IMG/VR virus record: IMGVR_UViG_3300025466_000015
Length of the DNA: 64,000 nt
Direction: 5' to 3' (one strand)
Source: a virus
A model generated the notes under the pieces. The model was not told the DNA's origin and did no database searches. It worked only from the letters and a program-made list of their open reading frames with translations. Shown here piece by piece: positions 1-13,195 of this stretch. The position numbers and the translations under genes are program-made. Positions within the stretch are counted from its first letter, which is position 1, and the number at the start of each line of letters is the position of its first letter.

Positions 1-68
1 TTTGCTTTTGGAACATCTACATCAAACGTATACTGCTCAATCACACCGACCTAAGAGATAAATAAAAC

Positions 69-3000
69 ATGGCAACATTTAGTTTTCCCAATTCACCATC
101 TCTTAACCAGACATATACATTTCAAGGCAAAACTTGGAAATATAATGGTACTGGTTGGGCTTTGGTTACCAATGTTGACATTGCACAGTCGGCATGGAAT
201 ACAGCTAATTTAGCATACATCAATTCAAACACAGCTGACATTCTAGCACAAGCTGCATATGATACAGCCAATACAAAGTTCAGTTCATCTGGTGGTACTA
301 TCACAGGTCCCACAACAATTGCAGCTAATGTCACTATTTCTGGTAACAACAATTTAACTGTTACTGGTAACTTAAATGTTTTAGGTTATACAACCACAAG
401 TTATACAAACTCTTTGACCTTGTCAAATGCTATGTTTAGTTTGCATACATCGAATACATTAGGACCATTGACAACAAATGATGGTTTGAATATTGGTATG
501 GCATTTCATTACTATGATACTGCTGATAAACAAGCTATCTTAGTAAGAGAAAATTCAACTGGTTATTTGATTTGGTATAACACTTCTACCAATCTTATTG
601 GTAATACCGATAGTAAAGGTATTACAATGGGAACATTCCAAACGGATGCTCTTATTGCCAATACGGTTTTGGCCAATGGTATTGAATTGTATGCCTTTAC
701 AACATCCGCATATAATGCTGGCAACAACACATTAACTTATGCTACTGCAGGATTCAATAAAGCAAATGCAGCCAATGTTTTGGCACAAAGTGCTTACGAT
801 TCAGGAAATAGTACATTAACCTATGCAACAGCTGGATTTAACAAGGCTAATGCTGCAAATGTTCTAGCACAGTCTTCATATGACTTTGCCAATACGGTCA
901 ATACTTATTCATTCTCAGCATATTCTTACGCAAATTCTACCAACACATTAACAGTTGCTGGTTTTAATAAAGCTAATGCTGCTAATGTTTTAGCGCAATC
1001 AGCATATGATTCTGGCAACAGCACTCTAACATATGCTACATCAGGTTTCAATGAGGCTAATGCTGCTAATGTATTGGCACAAAGTTCTTATGACTTTGCA
1101 AATACTGTTAATACATATGCGTTCTCTGCATACTCATATGCAAATGCAACAAATACTCTAACAGTATCAGCATATAATAAAGCAAACGCTGCAAATGTAT
1201 TGGCTCAATCTGCCTACGATGCTGGTAATTCTACAAACACTTTAACAGTATCCTCTTATAACAAAGCCAATGCAGCCAATGTTTTGGCACAGTCTGCTTA
1301 TGATTCTGGTAATAATACCTACACATATGCACAGTCTGGTTATACTAAAGCCAACAATGCAGTTCAAACAGCATTTGTTACTGTGTCTGCTAACGGCACT
1401 TCAATTACACCATCAAGCAACAATGATACATTAACAATCACTGCTGCTACCGCTAACGGTATTAATGTTCTCAATCCATCTTCCAAGACTATTGATTTTG
1501 GTTTAAGAACATCTGGTGTGACTGCTGGTAACTATGGTAGTTCCACAAACATTCCAGTAATTGCTGTTGATGCTTTTGGTCGTATCACATCAGCATCTAA
1601 CACATCCATCTCAACATCTATCAGTTTATCTGGTACAACAGGTTCAGGTTCAGTATCTGGTGGTGGTACATTAACATTCAATTCAACGAATGGTGTAACA
1701 GAATCTATTTCTGGTTCTACAATCACCATCAATACACCACAAGATTTAAGAACATCTGCATCACCTACATTCGTTGGTTTAACAACGACTGGTGATGTAA
1801 ATATTGCTGGTAATCTTTCTGTTGCTGGCACATACACATATTCAAATACACAAGTATTCCAAACAGTTGATTCATTGATTGAATTGGCCGCAAACAATAC
1901 ATCCGATGTAGTTGATATTGGTTTCTACGGACAATACAATACTAACAAGTATGCTGGTTTGGTTAGAACTGGTGGTGGAAACTTTGCTCTGTTCAAAGAG
2001 TTGTCATCACCAACATCTAACACATTTGGTAACATCACACTAGGTAACTATGGTACTCTAAGAGCCAATTTAACTGGCGGTATGATTTCTGGATTGGCCA
2101 ATACGATTGGTATCGTAGATGGTGGTACTAATAACTCCACATACACGACTGGTGCTTTGTTACAGTACAATGGTTCTGCCATCGTATCATTAGCCAACAC
2201 TGGTGTATCTGCTGGTATCACATACGGTAATACAACATCTATACCATCTATCACATTGGATGCTTATGGTCGTGTTACTTCAATTTCTAATAATGCAATC
2301 TATGTTCCACCAGGAACTTCTATTGTTGCTAATACAGGCCAATTAACTGCTAATGCTGCAACAGGTATCGTAGCACTTGGACTTGCCACAACTGCCGTAT
2401 CTGCTGGCAACTATGGTGGTTCTACACAGATTCCAGTTCTTGCTATTGATGCTTATGGTAGAATAACATCAGCATCTAATACTTCTGTATCAACTACAAT
2501 TAGTTTGGCTGCTGGATCTGGTTCAGGTTCTGTATCTGGTGGCGGTACATTAACAGTATCTGGTGGTACAGGTATCACCACATCAGCATCTGGTTCTACA
2601 ATTACGATTACGAATTCTGGTGTTACATCATTAACTTCGAATTCAACTGGTAGAATCACACAGAGTTCCACAACGGGTGCTGTTACATTTGACTTGGCAA
2701 CAACTTCTGTAACTGCTGCTACATATAACTATTCAACAATTCAAGTTGATGCTTATGGTCGTATAACATCAGCAAGTTCTGGTACACCTGTTACAACATT
2801 CAATACAAGAAGTGGTGCTGTTACATTAAGTTCTTCTGATGTTACAACGGCACTAACATATACTCCTGCTAACATAGCTGGTGATACATTTACTGGTGCA
2901 GTTACAGTACCTTCATTGAAGGCTAATACTTCTGTAACAGTTAATACATCAGGCTTCATTACGTCTACTTCTTACACAACTAGTTCCACATCACAAGTTA

Positions 3001-3263
3001 CGGTTGATTCATTTGCAACAGCAACTTATAGGAGCGCTAAATATCTAGCACAGATGACTTCAGGTACAAGTTATCATGTGATTGAATTAAGAGTGGTACA
3101 TGACGGAACTAATCCGTTATTAGCACAATATGGTGAAATCTTTACTGGTTCATCATTAGGAACATTTGATGTATCAATCACAACCGGTAATTTGAATCTG
3201 TTGTTTACTCCAACTAACTCTGCCACAACTGTTAAACTGATAAGGACTAACATCGTGGTGTAA
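69..3263 (+). CDS. Long tail fibre / virion structural protein with internal repeats
   Basis: 1064 aa, Thr/Ser/Gly/Ala/Asn-rich; tandem NKANAANVLAQSAYD repeats and four D(A)YGR(I/V)TS repeats typical of phage fibres; late-type ATAAATA just upstream. Confidence 0.7.
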   Translation: MATFSFPNSPSLNQTYTFQGKTWKYNGTGWALVTNVDIAQSAWNTANLAYINSNTADILAQAAYDTANTKFSSSGGTITGPTTIAANVTISGNNNLTVTGNLNVLGYTTTSYTNSLTLSNAMFSLHTSNTLGPLTTNDGLNIGMAFHYYDTADKQAILVRENSTGYLIWYNTSTNLIGNTDSKGITMGTFQTDALIANTVLANGIELYAFTTSAYNAGNNTLTYATAGFNKANAANVLAQSAYDSGNSTLTYATAGFNKANAANVLAQSSYDFANTVNTYSFSAYSYANSTNTLTVAGFNKANAANVLAQSAYDSGNSTLTYATSGFNEANAANVLAQSSYDFANTVNTYAFSAYSYANATNTLTVSAYNKANAANVLAQSAYDAGNSTNTLTVSSYNKANAANVLAQSAYDSGNNTYTYAQSGYTKANNAVQTAFVTVSANGTSITPSSNNDTLTITAATANGINVLNPSSKTIDFGLRTSGVTAGNYGSSTNIPVIAVDAFGRITSASNTSISTSISLSGTTGSGSVSGGGTLTFNSTNGVTESISGSTITINTPQDLRTSASPTFVGLTTTGDVNIAGNLSVAGTYTYSNTQVFQTVDSLIELAANNTSDVVDIGFYGQYNTNKYAGLVRTGGGNFALFKELSSPTSNTFGNITLGNYGTLRANLTGGMISGLANTIGIVDGGTNNSTYTTGALLQYNGSAIVSLANTGVSAGITYGNTTSIPSITLDAYGRVTSISNNAIYVPPGTSIVANTGQLTANAATGIVALGLATTAVSAGNYGGSTQIPVLAIDAYGRITSASNTSVSTTISLAAGSGSGSVSGGGTLTVSGGTGITTSASGSTITITNSGVTSLTSNSTGRITQSSTTGAVTFDLATTSVTAATYNYSTIQVDAYGRITSASSGTPVTTFNTRSGAVTLSSSDVTTALTYTPANIAGDTFTGAVTVPSLKANTSVTVNTSGFITSTSYTTSSTSQVTVDSFATATYRSAKYLAQMTSGTSYHVIELRVVHDGTNPLLAQYGEIFTGSSLGTFDVSITTGNLNLLFTPTNSATTVKLIRTNIVV
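700..1360 (+). repeat. Coding tandem repeat (NKANAANVLAQS(A/S)YD units)
   Basis: Six near-identical NKANAANVLAQS units visible in the translation. Confidence 0.8.
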
Positions 3264-3278
3264 ATGTGAAAGTATATT

Positions 3279-3854
3279 ATGAATGGTGAATGGTGTTATT
3301 TCAAGTCACGGTTTTCCAAAGAAGACTGTGACAAAATTCTAAAACTTGGTTTACAAATAGAACCAAAAGAAGCTTCTCTCGGTGTTGCTGGTCTCAATGA
3401 GAATCAGAACACCGATTATCGTAGAAGTAAAGTTCGATTTATCCAATCCGACAATACAGACTTTCAGTTTGTCTTTGATGAGATATGGAAGATGGGTATT
3501 ACGGCCAATCGACAATGGTTCAATTTTCACATTACCAATCTATCATTTCTCCAACTGGCAGAGTATGATGAATCATATCAAGGTGAATACAAGAAACACC
3601 ATGATGTTTTTTGGGTGAACAACGACAAGTACCATCGTAAATTAACTTGTGTCATACAGTTGACTGATCCATCCGAATATGAGGGTGGTGAATTTGAAAT
3701 GTTTGATTTGGCCGAATATCCAAACAAAGAAGAATTAAAAGAACAAGGTACAGTTATCTTTCTTCCTTCTTTTATTCCTCATATGGTTCATCCTGTGACC
3801 AAAGGAACTCGATATTCATTAACAGCATGGTTTGAAGGGAATAAATGGCAATGA
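3279..3854 (+). CDS. 2OG-Fe(II) oxygenase (prolyl-4-hydroxylase/PKHD-like)
   Basis: HxD (HHD), RKLTCVIQL, YEGGEF, distal H (PHMVHPV) and RYSL motifs. Confidence 0.85.
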   Translation: MNGEWCYFKSRFSKEDCDKILKLGLQIEPKEASLGVAGLNENQNTDYRRSKVRFIQSDNTDFQFVFDEIWKMGITANRQWFNFHITNLSFLQLAEYDESYQGEYKKHHDVFWVNNDKYHRKLTCVIQLTDPSEYEGGEFEMFDLAEYPNKEELKEQGTVIFLPSFIPHMVHPVTKGTRYSLTAWFEGNKWQ

Positions 3855-4987
3855 AATTTCATGTACTAGGTTTACCACACACAGTCACTAGCAAAGAATA
3901 CAATGCTTGTGCATACACTCAGAAGGTCGTTAAGTTCTGTAAGATGATGACAGAACGAGGACACACAGTCATTCATTATGGCCACGAAGAATCTAATCCA
4001 ATTTGTACTGAACATGTCACAGTATTAAGTTCTGATGATTGGAAACAAACTTATGGTGACCATGATTGGCGTAAACACTTCTTTAAGTTTGATACAAATG
4101 ACCATGCTTACCAAACTTTTTATAAAAATGCTATTGAAGAAGTTGGCAAAAGAAAAGAAAAAAATGATTTCATCTTACCATTTTGGGGCTCAGGTGTTCG
4201 TCCCGTTTGTGATGCACATCCAGATTTAATCTGTGTAGAACCAGGAATTGGATATCCAGCTGGTCATTGGGCTCGATTTAAAATCTTTGAATCGTATGCA
4301 GTCTATCATGCCTATTATGGATTAGAATCGGTTGGTACCTGTAAACAGGACTGGTATGATGTGGTGATACCAAACTATTTTGATCCTGATGACTTTGAGT
4401 ATGCACCAGAAGAAAAAGAGAATTACTTTTTATTTCTAGGACGTGTATATGAAGGCAAAGGTGTTAACATTGCCGTTCAGGCTACTCAAGCTATTGGTGC
4501 CAAACTCATCATTGCTGGTCAAAATTCATTGAAAGATATGGGTTATACAGAAACACCAGCACATGTGATTGAATTAGGTTATGCTGATATTCAAGCTAGA
4601 AAAGATTTGATGTCTGCGGCTAAAGGTGCCTTTGTGGCGTCTTTGTATAACGAACCATTTGGTGGTGTTCAAGTTGAATGTTTGTTCTCTGGTACACCAA
4701 CAATCACAACAGATTGGGGAAGTTTCACGGAAAACAATATTCATGGTGTGACTGGTTATCGTTGCAGAACCTTTGAACAATTTGTATGGGCAGCCAAAAA
4801 TATTGATAAAATTAAACCACAAGCATGTAGAGATTTTGCTATGAATAACTTTAGTCTAGATGTGGTTGTTAAGAAATATGAAGAATACTTTCAGTCTGTA
4901 TTGAATGTTTATACAGGTAATGGATGGTATGAACCTAACTTAAAAAGAACAGATTTAGACTGGTTAACCAAATATTATCCTACATAA
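3851..4987 (+). CDS. Glycosyltransferase, GT-B fold (GT4-like)
   Basis: FLFLGRVYEGKG and EPFGGVQVE (ExFG...E) motifs; ATGA overlap with upstream gene. Confidence 0.85.
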   Translation: MKFHVLGLPHTVTSKEYNACAYTQKVVKFCKMMTERGHTVIHYGHEESNPICTEHVTVLSSDDWKQTYGDHDWRKHFFKFDTNDHAYQTFYKNAIEEVGKRKEKNDFILPFWGSGVRPVCDAHPDLICVEPGIGYPAGHWARFKIFESYAVYHAYYGLESVGTCKQDWYDVVIPNYFDPDDFEYAPEEKENYFLFLGRVYEGKGVNIAVQATQAIGAKLIIAGQNSLKDMGYTETPAHVIELGYADIQARKDLMSAAKGAFVASLYNEPFGGVQVECLFSGTPTITTDWGSFTENNIHGVTGYRCRTFEQFVWAAKNIDKIKPQACRDFAMNNFSLDVVVKKYEEYFQSVLNVYTGNGWYEPNLKRTDLDWLTKYYPT

Positions 4988-5021
4988 ATAAACTATAATA
5001 ATAACAAGAGGATAGTGAATC

Positions 5022-6450
5022 TTGGCCACTTCATCTAACTTTGTAGTTAAGAACGGTTTGACCGTTGGTACTACAAACGTCATCAATTCATCAGGACAAT
5101 GGGTAGGATCTCCCAGCGGACTCATAGGTGCTACTGGTGCTACTGGACCTACCGGAGCCACAGGGTCAACCGGACCTACGGGACCTGCAGGAGCTACAGG
5201 TTCTACCGGCCCAACGGGATCAACAGGACCAACTGGTGCTACGGGTCCTGCTGGCACCAATGGTACTAACGGAGCAACCGGTGCTACTGGTGCAACAGGT
5301 CTTCAAGGCAATGCAGGTCCAACAGGACCTACTGGTTCTACGGGACCAACAGGACCTACTGGTGGTCAAGGTGCAACAGGTGTTACTGGTCCTACAGGTC
5401 CTTATGGACCAACAGGTCCTTCGGGTCCTACTGGACCGACAGGACCCACAGGACCTACTGGTGCTACAGGTTCTTTTTCAGGTACAACTTCGTCAAGCGT
5501 ATCATTTACAGGATCATTCTCAACATACAATCAGTTAATATATCCACAACCTGGAGCTTGGGTAGAAGGTATTTCATTTTCTATGTCCTCAACATCAACA
5601 TGGGGTGGTTTAAGGTGGCGTAGAGAAAGAGGTAATTATGATGGTAATTGGTATATTGGATTTACCGCATTAGATTCTTCAGATGATTTGGTTTTTGGTG
5701 CAAACAATGGCGGTAGTCAAATTGATAATATTCTTAGATTAGTTAAATCAGGATATGTATACACAAATTATAGTTTAAGATCACCAATATTTTATGACCA
5801 AAATGACACTGGTTATTATGCTGATCCAAATAATACATCATACTTCTATCGTTTGTTTACAACAAATAGTGGTGGAATAACAATAAATGGTGGATCATCT
5901 TTTATTTTGGGAGGTTCTGGTGCAACTTTTGATAATTCAACTGGAGCTAGATTAAGTGAAAGCTATGGAGCATTATGGAATTTTTCAAACTCTGCTACAT
6001 GGCACCATCAAGTTATTAATGGTTCATCATTAGTTGGATTTACAGCATCTGGTGGAAATTATGGTAGCGGAAATATATACGCTTCAGGTAATATTACTGC
6101 ATATTATTCGGATGAAAGATTAAAAGAAAAAGTTGGTAAAATAGATAATGCATTACAAAGTGTATTATCTTTAAACGCATTTAAATATATCAATAATGAT
6201 ATAGCTGTAGAAAAAGGTTTTAAAGGAACCGAAGTTCAGGTAGGTTTATCTGCACAAGAAATTCAAAAAATATTACCTGAAGTTGTTAGTCTTGCTCCAT
6301 TTGATATGCAAGGTGTTCCAGAAACAGGTGAAATTGTATCCAAATCAGGAGAAAACTATTTAACAGTAGATTATTCTAGATTGGTTCCTTTACTCATTGA
6401 AGCCATCAAAGAGCAACAACAACAAATAGAAGAATTGAGAAGGTTAATCA

Positions 6451-6461
<11 letters not shown>
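5022..6461 (+). CDS. Collagen-like tail fibre 1 with C-terminal peptidase S74 intramolecular chaperone
   Basis: (G-P/A-T)n repeats; YSDERLK...[16 protein letters not shown] chaperone motif; TTG start. Confidence 0.85.
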
Positions 6462-8185
<1,724 letters not shown>

Positions 8186-8196
<11 letters not shown>

Positions 8197-10294
8197 TTCA
8201 AATTTTGTTGTTAAGAATGGCCTTACAGTTGGTTCAACACAGGTCATCAATTCATCTGGTGCTTGGGTTGGTCCAAATAGTGGCCTTGTTGGTGCTACAG
8301 GTGCTACGGGTCCAACTGGTCTTACTGGACCTACAGGTCCGACTGGAGCCACAGGTCTAACAGGTTCCACAGGACCTACGGGGCCTACAGGACCAACAGG
8401 TAGTACAGGACCAACGGGACCTACTGGACCCACAGGTCCTCAAGGCGCTACTGGTGTTACAGGTCCAACAGGACCTGGAGGACCTACTGGACCAACAGGT
8501 CCGACTGGACCAACGGGACCTAGTGGACCTACTGGTCCAACAGGTGCCACAGGTGCTTCACCATTTTCATTGAATGGCACATCAGCATATTATACGGCTG
8601 GTAATGTTGGTATTGGAACAAGCAGTGCAATAAGCACATTAACAGTTTCTAGAAACGGTGCTACATCCGTATCATCAGTAGATTCAAGTTCTACAGCACA
8701 TTTAAATTTAATTGGTGCTGATGCTAAAGTTAGGTTACAATTAGGAACCGGAAATAGTTTATATAGCACATATGCAGGTTGGATTCAAGCAAGTTATGAT
8801 AATGGCGGAGGTAGTAATGGTGTTGAAGCATTATTGTTAAATCCTATTGGTGGCAATGTCAATATTGGATATCAAGGTGATGCTGGTTATAAATTATATG
8901 TTAATGGAACTGCATCTGCATCAAGTGATTTTAGAGCTCCAGTATTTTATGATTCAGATAATACTGGTTATTATGTAAATCCTAATGGTAATACAGTATT
9001 ACAAAACCTTTATATTGGTGGTGGTTCAGCACTATTACAACCAGGTAATGTAAATAGAAATACTTATTGGACTTCTACTGGTTCTAGTGATATAGGTATA
9101 TCATTTTTTAGTAGTAGTGGTTGGGCTATGCAGTTATATGCTAACTATAATGATGGTTATGGTTTTTTAGCTAGTAATTGGGGAAATTGGGATATTAAGA
9201 AAGTTCCTGGTGGAGTTTTATATTTAAACAATACTACTAGTTATTATTTAAATCCTCCAAGCACTTCCGTATTAAGCACACTTTATGCCGCTATTATGTA
9301 CGACACAGATAACTCTGGTTATTATTGTGATCCTAATGGCACATCAAATATAAATTATTTACAATGTGCAAATTATATTGGTCTTGGAGGTAATGCTTAC
9401 AATACTAATATGTCTGGCACATATGGTGTTTCAATATATCACGCAAATTATCCGGCAGTTGGATTTCAAAATAATTCTGGTTATAATTGGTTAATTTATA
9501 AACAAAGTACCAGATTGAGTATATGGAATAGTACAGATGGTGATATGGTCAATTTTTATCCAGGTCCATATACACAATTCGCAGGTTCAGTAAGAGCACC
9601 AATATTTTATGATTCTGATGATACTAGTTATTATACAAATCCAAATAGTTATTCACAACTTCGACACTTAACATTAGGTCATTACAATGATCCACTTGGT
9701 TATAGTGGTGGTTATTACGATATAAATTTTTATGGGTATCGTGACGTTGGCCAAGATTTTTATGCTGCCAAAATTAGAGGACAAAGGACAAATAATTGTT
9801 GTGGTGGAAATTGGTTATGTCAAGGTTCGATACTGCAATTTTATACTTTTCAAGGTTGTGCATCAGGTAACGGCGACTCAAATTTAGGTTTGAGAGCAAC
9901 ATTCGACAATGATTGTTCATTTACAGGCAACGTTACTGCATATTCTTCAGACAAAAGATTAAAAACAAATATAAATCGTATTACTGGAGCTATGGATAAA
10001 GTGAACCAGTTAACAGGTTTTACTTTTAACTGGAATCAAACAGCATATGATTTAGCAGAATATGACATGCAAAAAAATCAGGTTGGTGTTTTTGCTCAAG
10101 AAGTGGAAGAAGTGTTACCTGAAGCTGTTGCATTAGCACCATTCGATACAGATTTTGAAAATGGTAGAGTTTCAAAATCAGGTGAAAATTATTTAACTGT
10201 TCAGTATGAAAAATTAGTACCATTGTTAATTGAAGCGTTAAAAGAACAAGATGTTCGTATTCGTGAATTGGAAAAAAAATTAAATGCTAAATAA
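8186..10294 (+). CDS. Collagen-like tail fibre 3 with S74 chaperone
   Basis: Same N-terminus, GPT repeats, SSDKRLK...GVFAQEV...[14 protein letters not shown]. Confidence 0.85.
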
Positions 10295-10526
10295 TTTTGA
10301 AAATATAATAAGATCCTGGAAAATTTCTTTAGCTCCAAATGAAGAACAAAAAAAATTGGCAAATAAAAGAAAAGAAATTTGTCAAAAATGTGAATCGTGT
10401 AAAGAATTTAATAATGAAATTTTAAAAAGAATAGTTGAATATTATTGTGATGAATGTAAATGTCCAATAGGTAAAAAAATATATTCAGTTACAGAATCGT
10501 GTCCAAAAAATAAATGGAGTAATTAA
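10284..10526 (+). CDS. Small Cys-rich hypothetical protein
   Basis: CxxCxxC, CxxCxC and CPxxKW pattern; coupled to neighbours. Confidence 0.6.
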   Translation: MLNNFENIIRSWKISLAPNEEQKKLANKRKEICQKCESCKEFNNEILKRIVEYYCDECKCPIGKKIYSVTESCPKNKWSN

Positions 10527-10837
10527 TGTACGCAAGATTGAAACCCACAAAAGTTTTAGGTAAAACATTAGACAGACTAAATGTTAGTATTATAAATTAT
10601 GTTCTAGGATCATCTAGGCCCATTTTGGGATATTCTATTATTGCGGACGATGATACCACAATTACTTCAGGAAATATTAATCTGGATGAAACAACATATA
10701 CAAATTGGACAACAAATGATGAGATTTTGTTGGAATATGTTGCATCAAATTTAAATATTGAGATATTAGATATCACAAAAGTAACAAAAACTTCAGAAGA
10801 ATTTTTGAAAGAAGATCCAAATTTAGAAACAAGATAA
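10526..10837 (+). CDS. Hypothetical protein (fibre-associated)
   Basis: ORF coupled to upstream gene in fibre region. Confidence 0.55.
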   Translation: MYARLKPTKVLGKTLDRLNVSIINYVLGSSRPILGYSIIADDDTTITSGNINLDETTYTNWTTNDEILLEYVASNLNIEILDITKVTKTSEEFLKEDPNLETR

Positions 10838-10892
10838 TTAATTTAAAGAAACATATATAATATTTCAACAGCCAAAATTTTAGGAGAAAACT

Positions 10893-11294
10893 ATGGCCAA
10901 TACTCTAGCATCTTTTGCTAATTCCCAATGGACTTATAGCCACACGGTTAAAAGTCTCAAAGTCCGTGATATTACTCATACTAGTAACACATATCCTAAT
11001 ACAGTCATCCAGACTTATTGGGAATATTCTGCCAATACACCAGATGGTGTAACAGGAACATTTAATGGTGCAACTCCATTTACAATTGATCCTACTTCCA
11101 ATAATTTCTCATTTATAGATTTTGAAAACCTAAAAGAAGAAGATGTTTGGAACTGGATATATAATGTTGTAACAGATAGTTATGCACAACATGTCCAAGA
11201 GAAGATTGCTGAACAGATTAATACCAAAATTAATATTATCACAGAACCATCTTTGCCATGGGCTCCAGCAAATACTTCAAATACAGCTGGATAA
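10893..11294 (+). CDS. Hypothetical protein, probable tail-fibre accessory protein
   Basis: SD AGGAG; FIDFENLKEEDVWNWI and C-terminal LPW motif seen in phage fibre-associated proteins. Confidence 0.55.
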   Translation: MANTLASFANSQWTYSHTVKSLKVRDITHTSNTYPNTVIQTYWEYSANTPDGVTGTFNGATPFTIDPTSNNFSFIDFENLKEEDVWNWIYNVVTDSYAQHVQEKIAEQINTKINIITEPSLPWAPANTSNTAG

Positions 11295-11330
11295 ATATAA
11301 AGTCATCATTAACACATAAAGGAAACTGAA

Positions 11331-11534
11331 ATGACCGAACAAACACAAAATCAAAGTGAACAAAAAGTTACACTAACATTAACCGTAAATCAGATTAATG
11401 TAATTATTGCTGGATTGGATGAATTGCCACACAAATTCAGCCGTAAATTGCTTGATGAAATTCAACAACAAGCTGTACCACAACTCCAAAACAACCAGTT
11501 ACAGGGTGATTTGGCTAATAAGGTAGTTAACTAA
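11331..11534 (+). CDS. Small hypothetical protein
   Basis: SD AAGGA, ATAAATA upstream. Confidence 0.6.
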   Translation: MTEQTQNQSEQKVTLTLTVNQINVIIAGLDELPHKFSRKLLDEIQQQAVPQLQNNQLQGDLANKVVN

Positions 11535-11551
11535 AAGAAGAAGACTGAAAC

Positions 11552-11812
11552 ATGGCGCTGTTAACCAATATTTTATCACCAGACACTACTGTAAAGTATG
11601 TCAAAGAAAATGCTGAAGCTGATTGGGAAGTTTATGTTCCAACGGGTGATGATGATCCTAATCTAGCATTAGAAGATTATTACAAAGTTGTTGAACATGA
11701 AAAGCCACATGAGTCTTTTGACATTGATGGAATTTGGAAGACAGTCGCTTTTGTTCACATCAATAGGACTTTAAGGCAAGTTCATTTACACTACGGAGTC
11801 GATAGAATATGA
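11552..11812 (+). CDS. Hypothetical protein
   Basis: ORF in operon, ATGA overlap with next gene. Confidence 0.55.
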   Translation: MALLTNILSPDTTVKYVKENAEADWEVYVPTGDDDPNLALEDYYKVVEHEKPHESFDIDGIWKTVAFVHINRTLRQVHLHYGVDRI

Positions 11813-13194
11813 CGTTACAATCATCTGGCGCAATATCTTTATCTGATGTAAACGTAGAACTAGGCAGGTCCAGTACAGCAACAATTTGTATGAATTGTTC
11901 TTCGGTCAGATGTTTGTTTGGCGTTTCTTCAGGCGCCATTAGTATGAGTAGTGGTTATGGTAAATCCAGCATACCAAAAGGTTCGGGTACATACACAGCT
12001 CCAGGATGTTATACATTTGTTGTTCCACAGAAAACTACACGTTTGAGTGCGCTTGCTATTTCAGGCGGATCAGCTGGAAGCAAACCATACTCATACTTTT
12101 ATCCGTGTTATAGTATAGGTACTTGGACTTACTATCCTTACGCTGGTTATGTTACCGGCGGAACTGGAGGTTACGGTGGCGGCATATCTTATAGAAATAA
12201 TTTTTCTGTTGCTACCGGACAAAATCTGACTGTTCGAGTTGGAGCTTGTCAAGGTTCATCTGGAGGCCAGGGAAATTATAGTATGGTTAACGCTAGTGGT
12301 GCAACTAATGGATATCCCGTATATGCGGCTACAAATACATGTTTCCCACTTTTTTATAGTGGTACCTCCGCATCAACTTATACATCAAGCGGAAAACAAG
12401 CAGGTTGTGGATCTTCAAAACAAGCTGGCGGTACAGCTAGAGGCATAACTCCTTGGGTAGGAATAGGCGGCGGTGGAGGTGGAGTTGCAGGATCTAGTTG
12501 TGCTGGTTATTTTGTTTGTGGATACTGTTCGTATAATGGATTTTATCAGTACTATCAGCCTTGTCACTCTTATGGTGCCGGCGGATCAGTTATGGGCAAA
12601 GGATGTGGATCATTTTCTCAATATACTGGCAATTGTTCGCAATGGGTATGTTTTTACTATTCCGGAGGTTATGGAGGTTATCCATTATATGGAAAACATG
12701 GATATGGCCGCAATGGTGGTTCCGCTGGAGGATCAGCACCAAATAAAGCAGACGGAAGATGGTCTGGATGTTATTGTTATTACACAGGATACAAACCTGG
12801 TTCAGGGCCAGGTGGTGGAGGAGGAAGTAATGCTACTTATGGATTCAATAATAGTGGATCTTATAATCCTCCAGGAGCCGGACCCTGTGTTTATTGCAAC
12901 GGTCACGGCGGTGGAGGCGGTTCTGGTGGTTCCGGAGGTGGTAACGGATCTTATAGTGTAGGAGGTAATGGTGGAGGTTACGGTGGCGGAGGAGCAGGAG
13001 CTTCGGCAGCTCTATCGCCGTGCAATCCTTACTATAATTACACAGCTGGAACTTATCTTTATGGTAATAGTAACTGTGTTTGTTTTTATAATAATAGGGG
13101 AATACATTTTGGCGTTGGCGCAAGCGGAACGGTTAGAATTGTATACCCAGGTTGTACAAGATCATATCCATCAACAAATGTAGGATGTCCATAA
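11809..13194 (+). CDS. Gly/Cys/Tyr-rich adhesin-like fibre-tip protein
   Basis: N-terminal LQSSGAISLSDVNVELG module; polyglycine tracts; C-terminal GASGTVRIVY. Confidence 0.6.
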   Translation: MTLQSSGAISLSDVNVELGRSSTATICMNCSSVRCLFGVSSGAISMSSGYGKSSIPKGSGTYTAPGCYTFVVPQKTTRLSALAISGGSAGSKPYSYFYPCYSIGTWTYYPYAGYVTGGTGGYGGGISYRNNFSVATGQNLTVRVGACQGSSGGQGNYSMVNASGATNGYPVYAATNTCFPLFYSGTSASTYTSSGKQAGCGSSKQAGGTARGITPWVGIGGGGGGVAGSSCAGYFVCGYCSYNGFYQYYQPCHSYGAGGSVMGKGCGSFSQYTGNCSQWVCFYYSGGYGGYPLYGKHGYGRNGGSAGGSAPNKADGRWSGCYCYYTGYKPGSGPGGGGGSNATYGFNNSGSYNPPGAGPCVYCNGHGGGGGSGGSGGGNGSYSVGGNGGGYGGGGAGASAALSPCNPYYNYTAGTYLYGNSNCVCFYNNRGIHFGVGASGTVRIVYPGCTRSYPSTNVGCP

Positions 13195-13195
13195 A

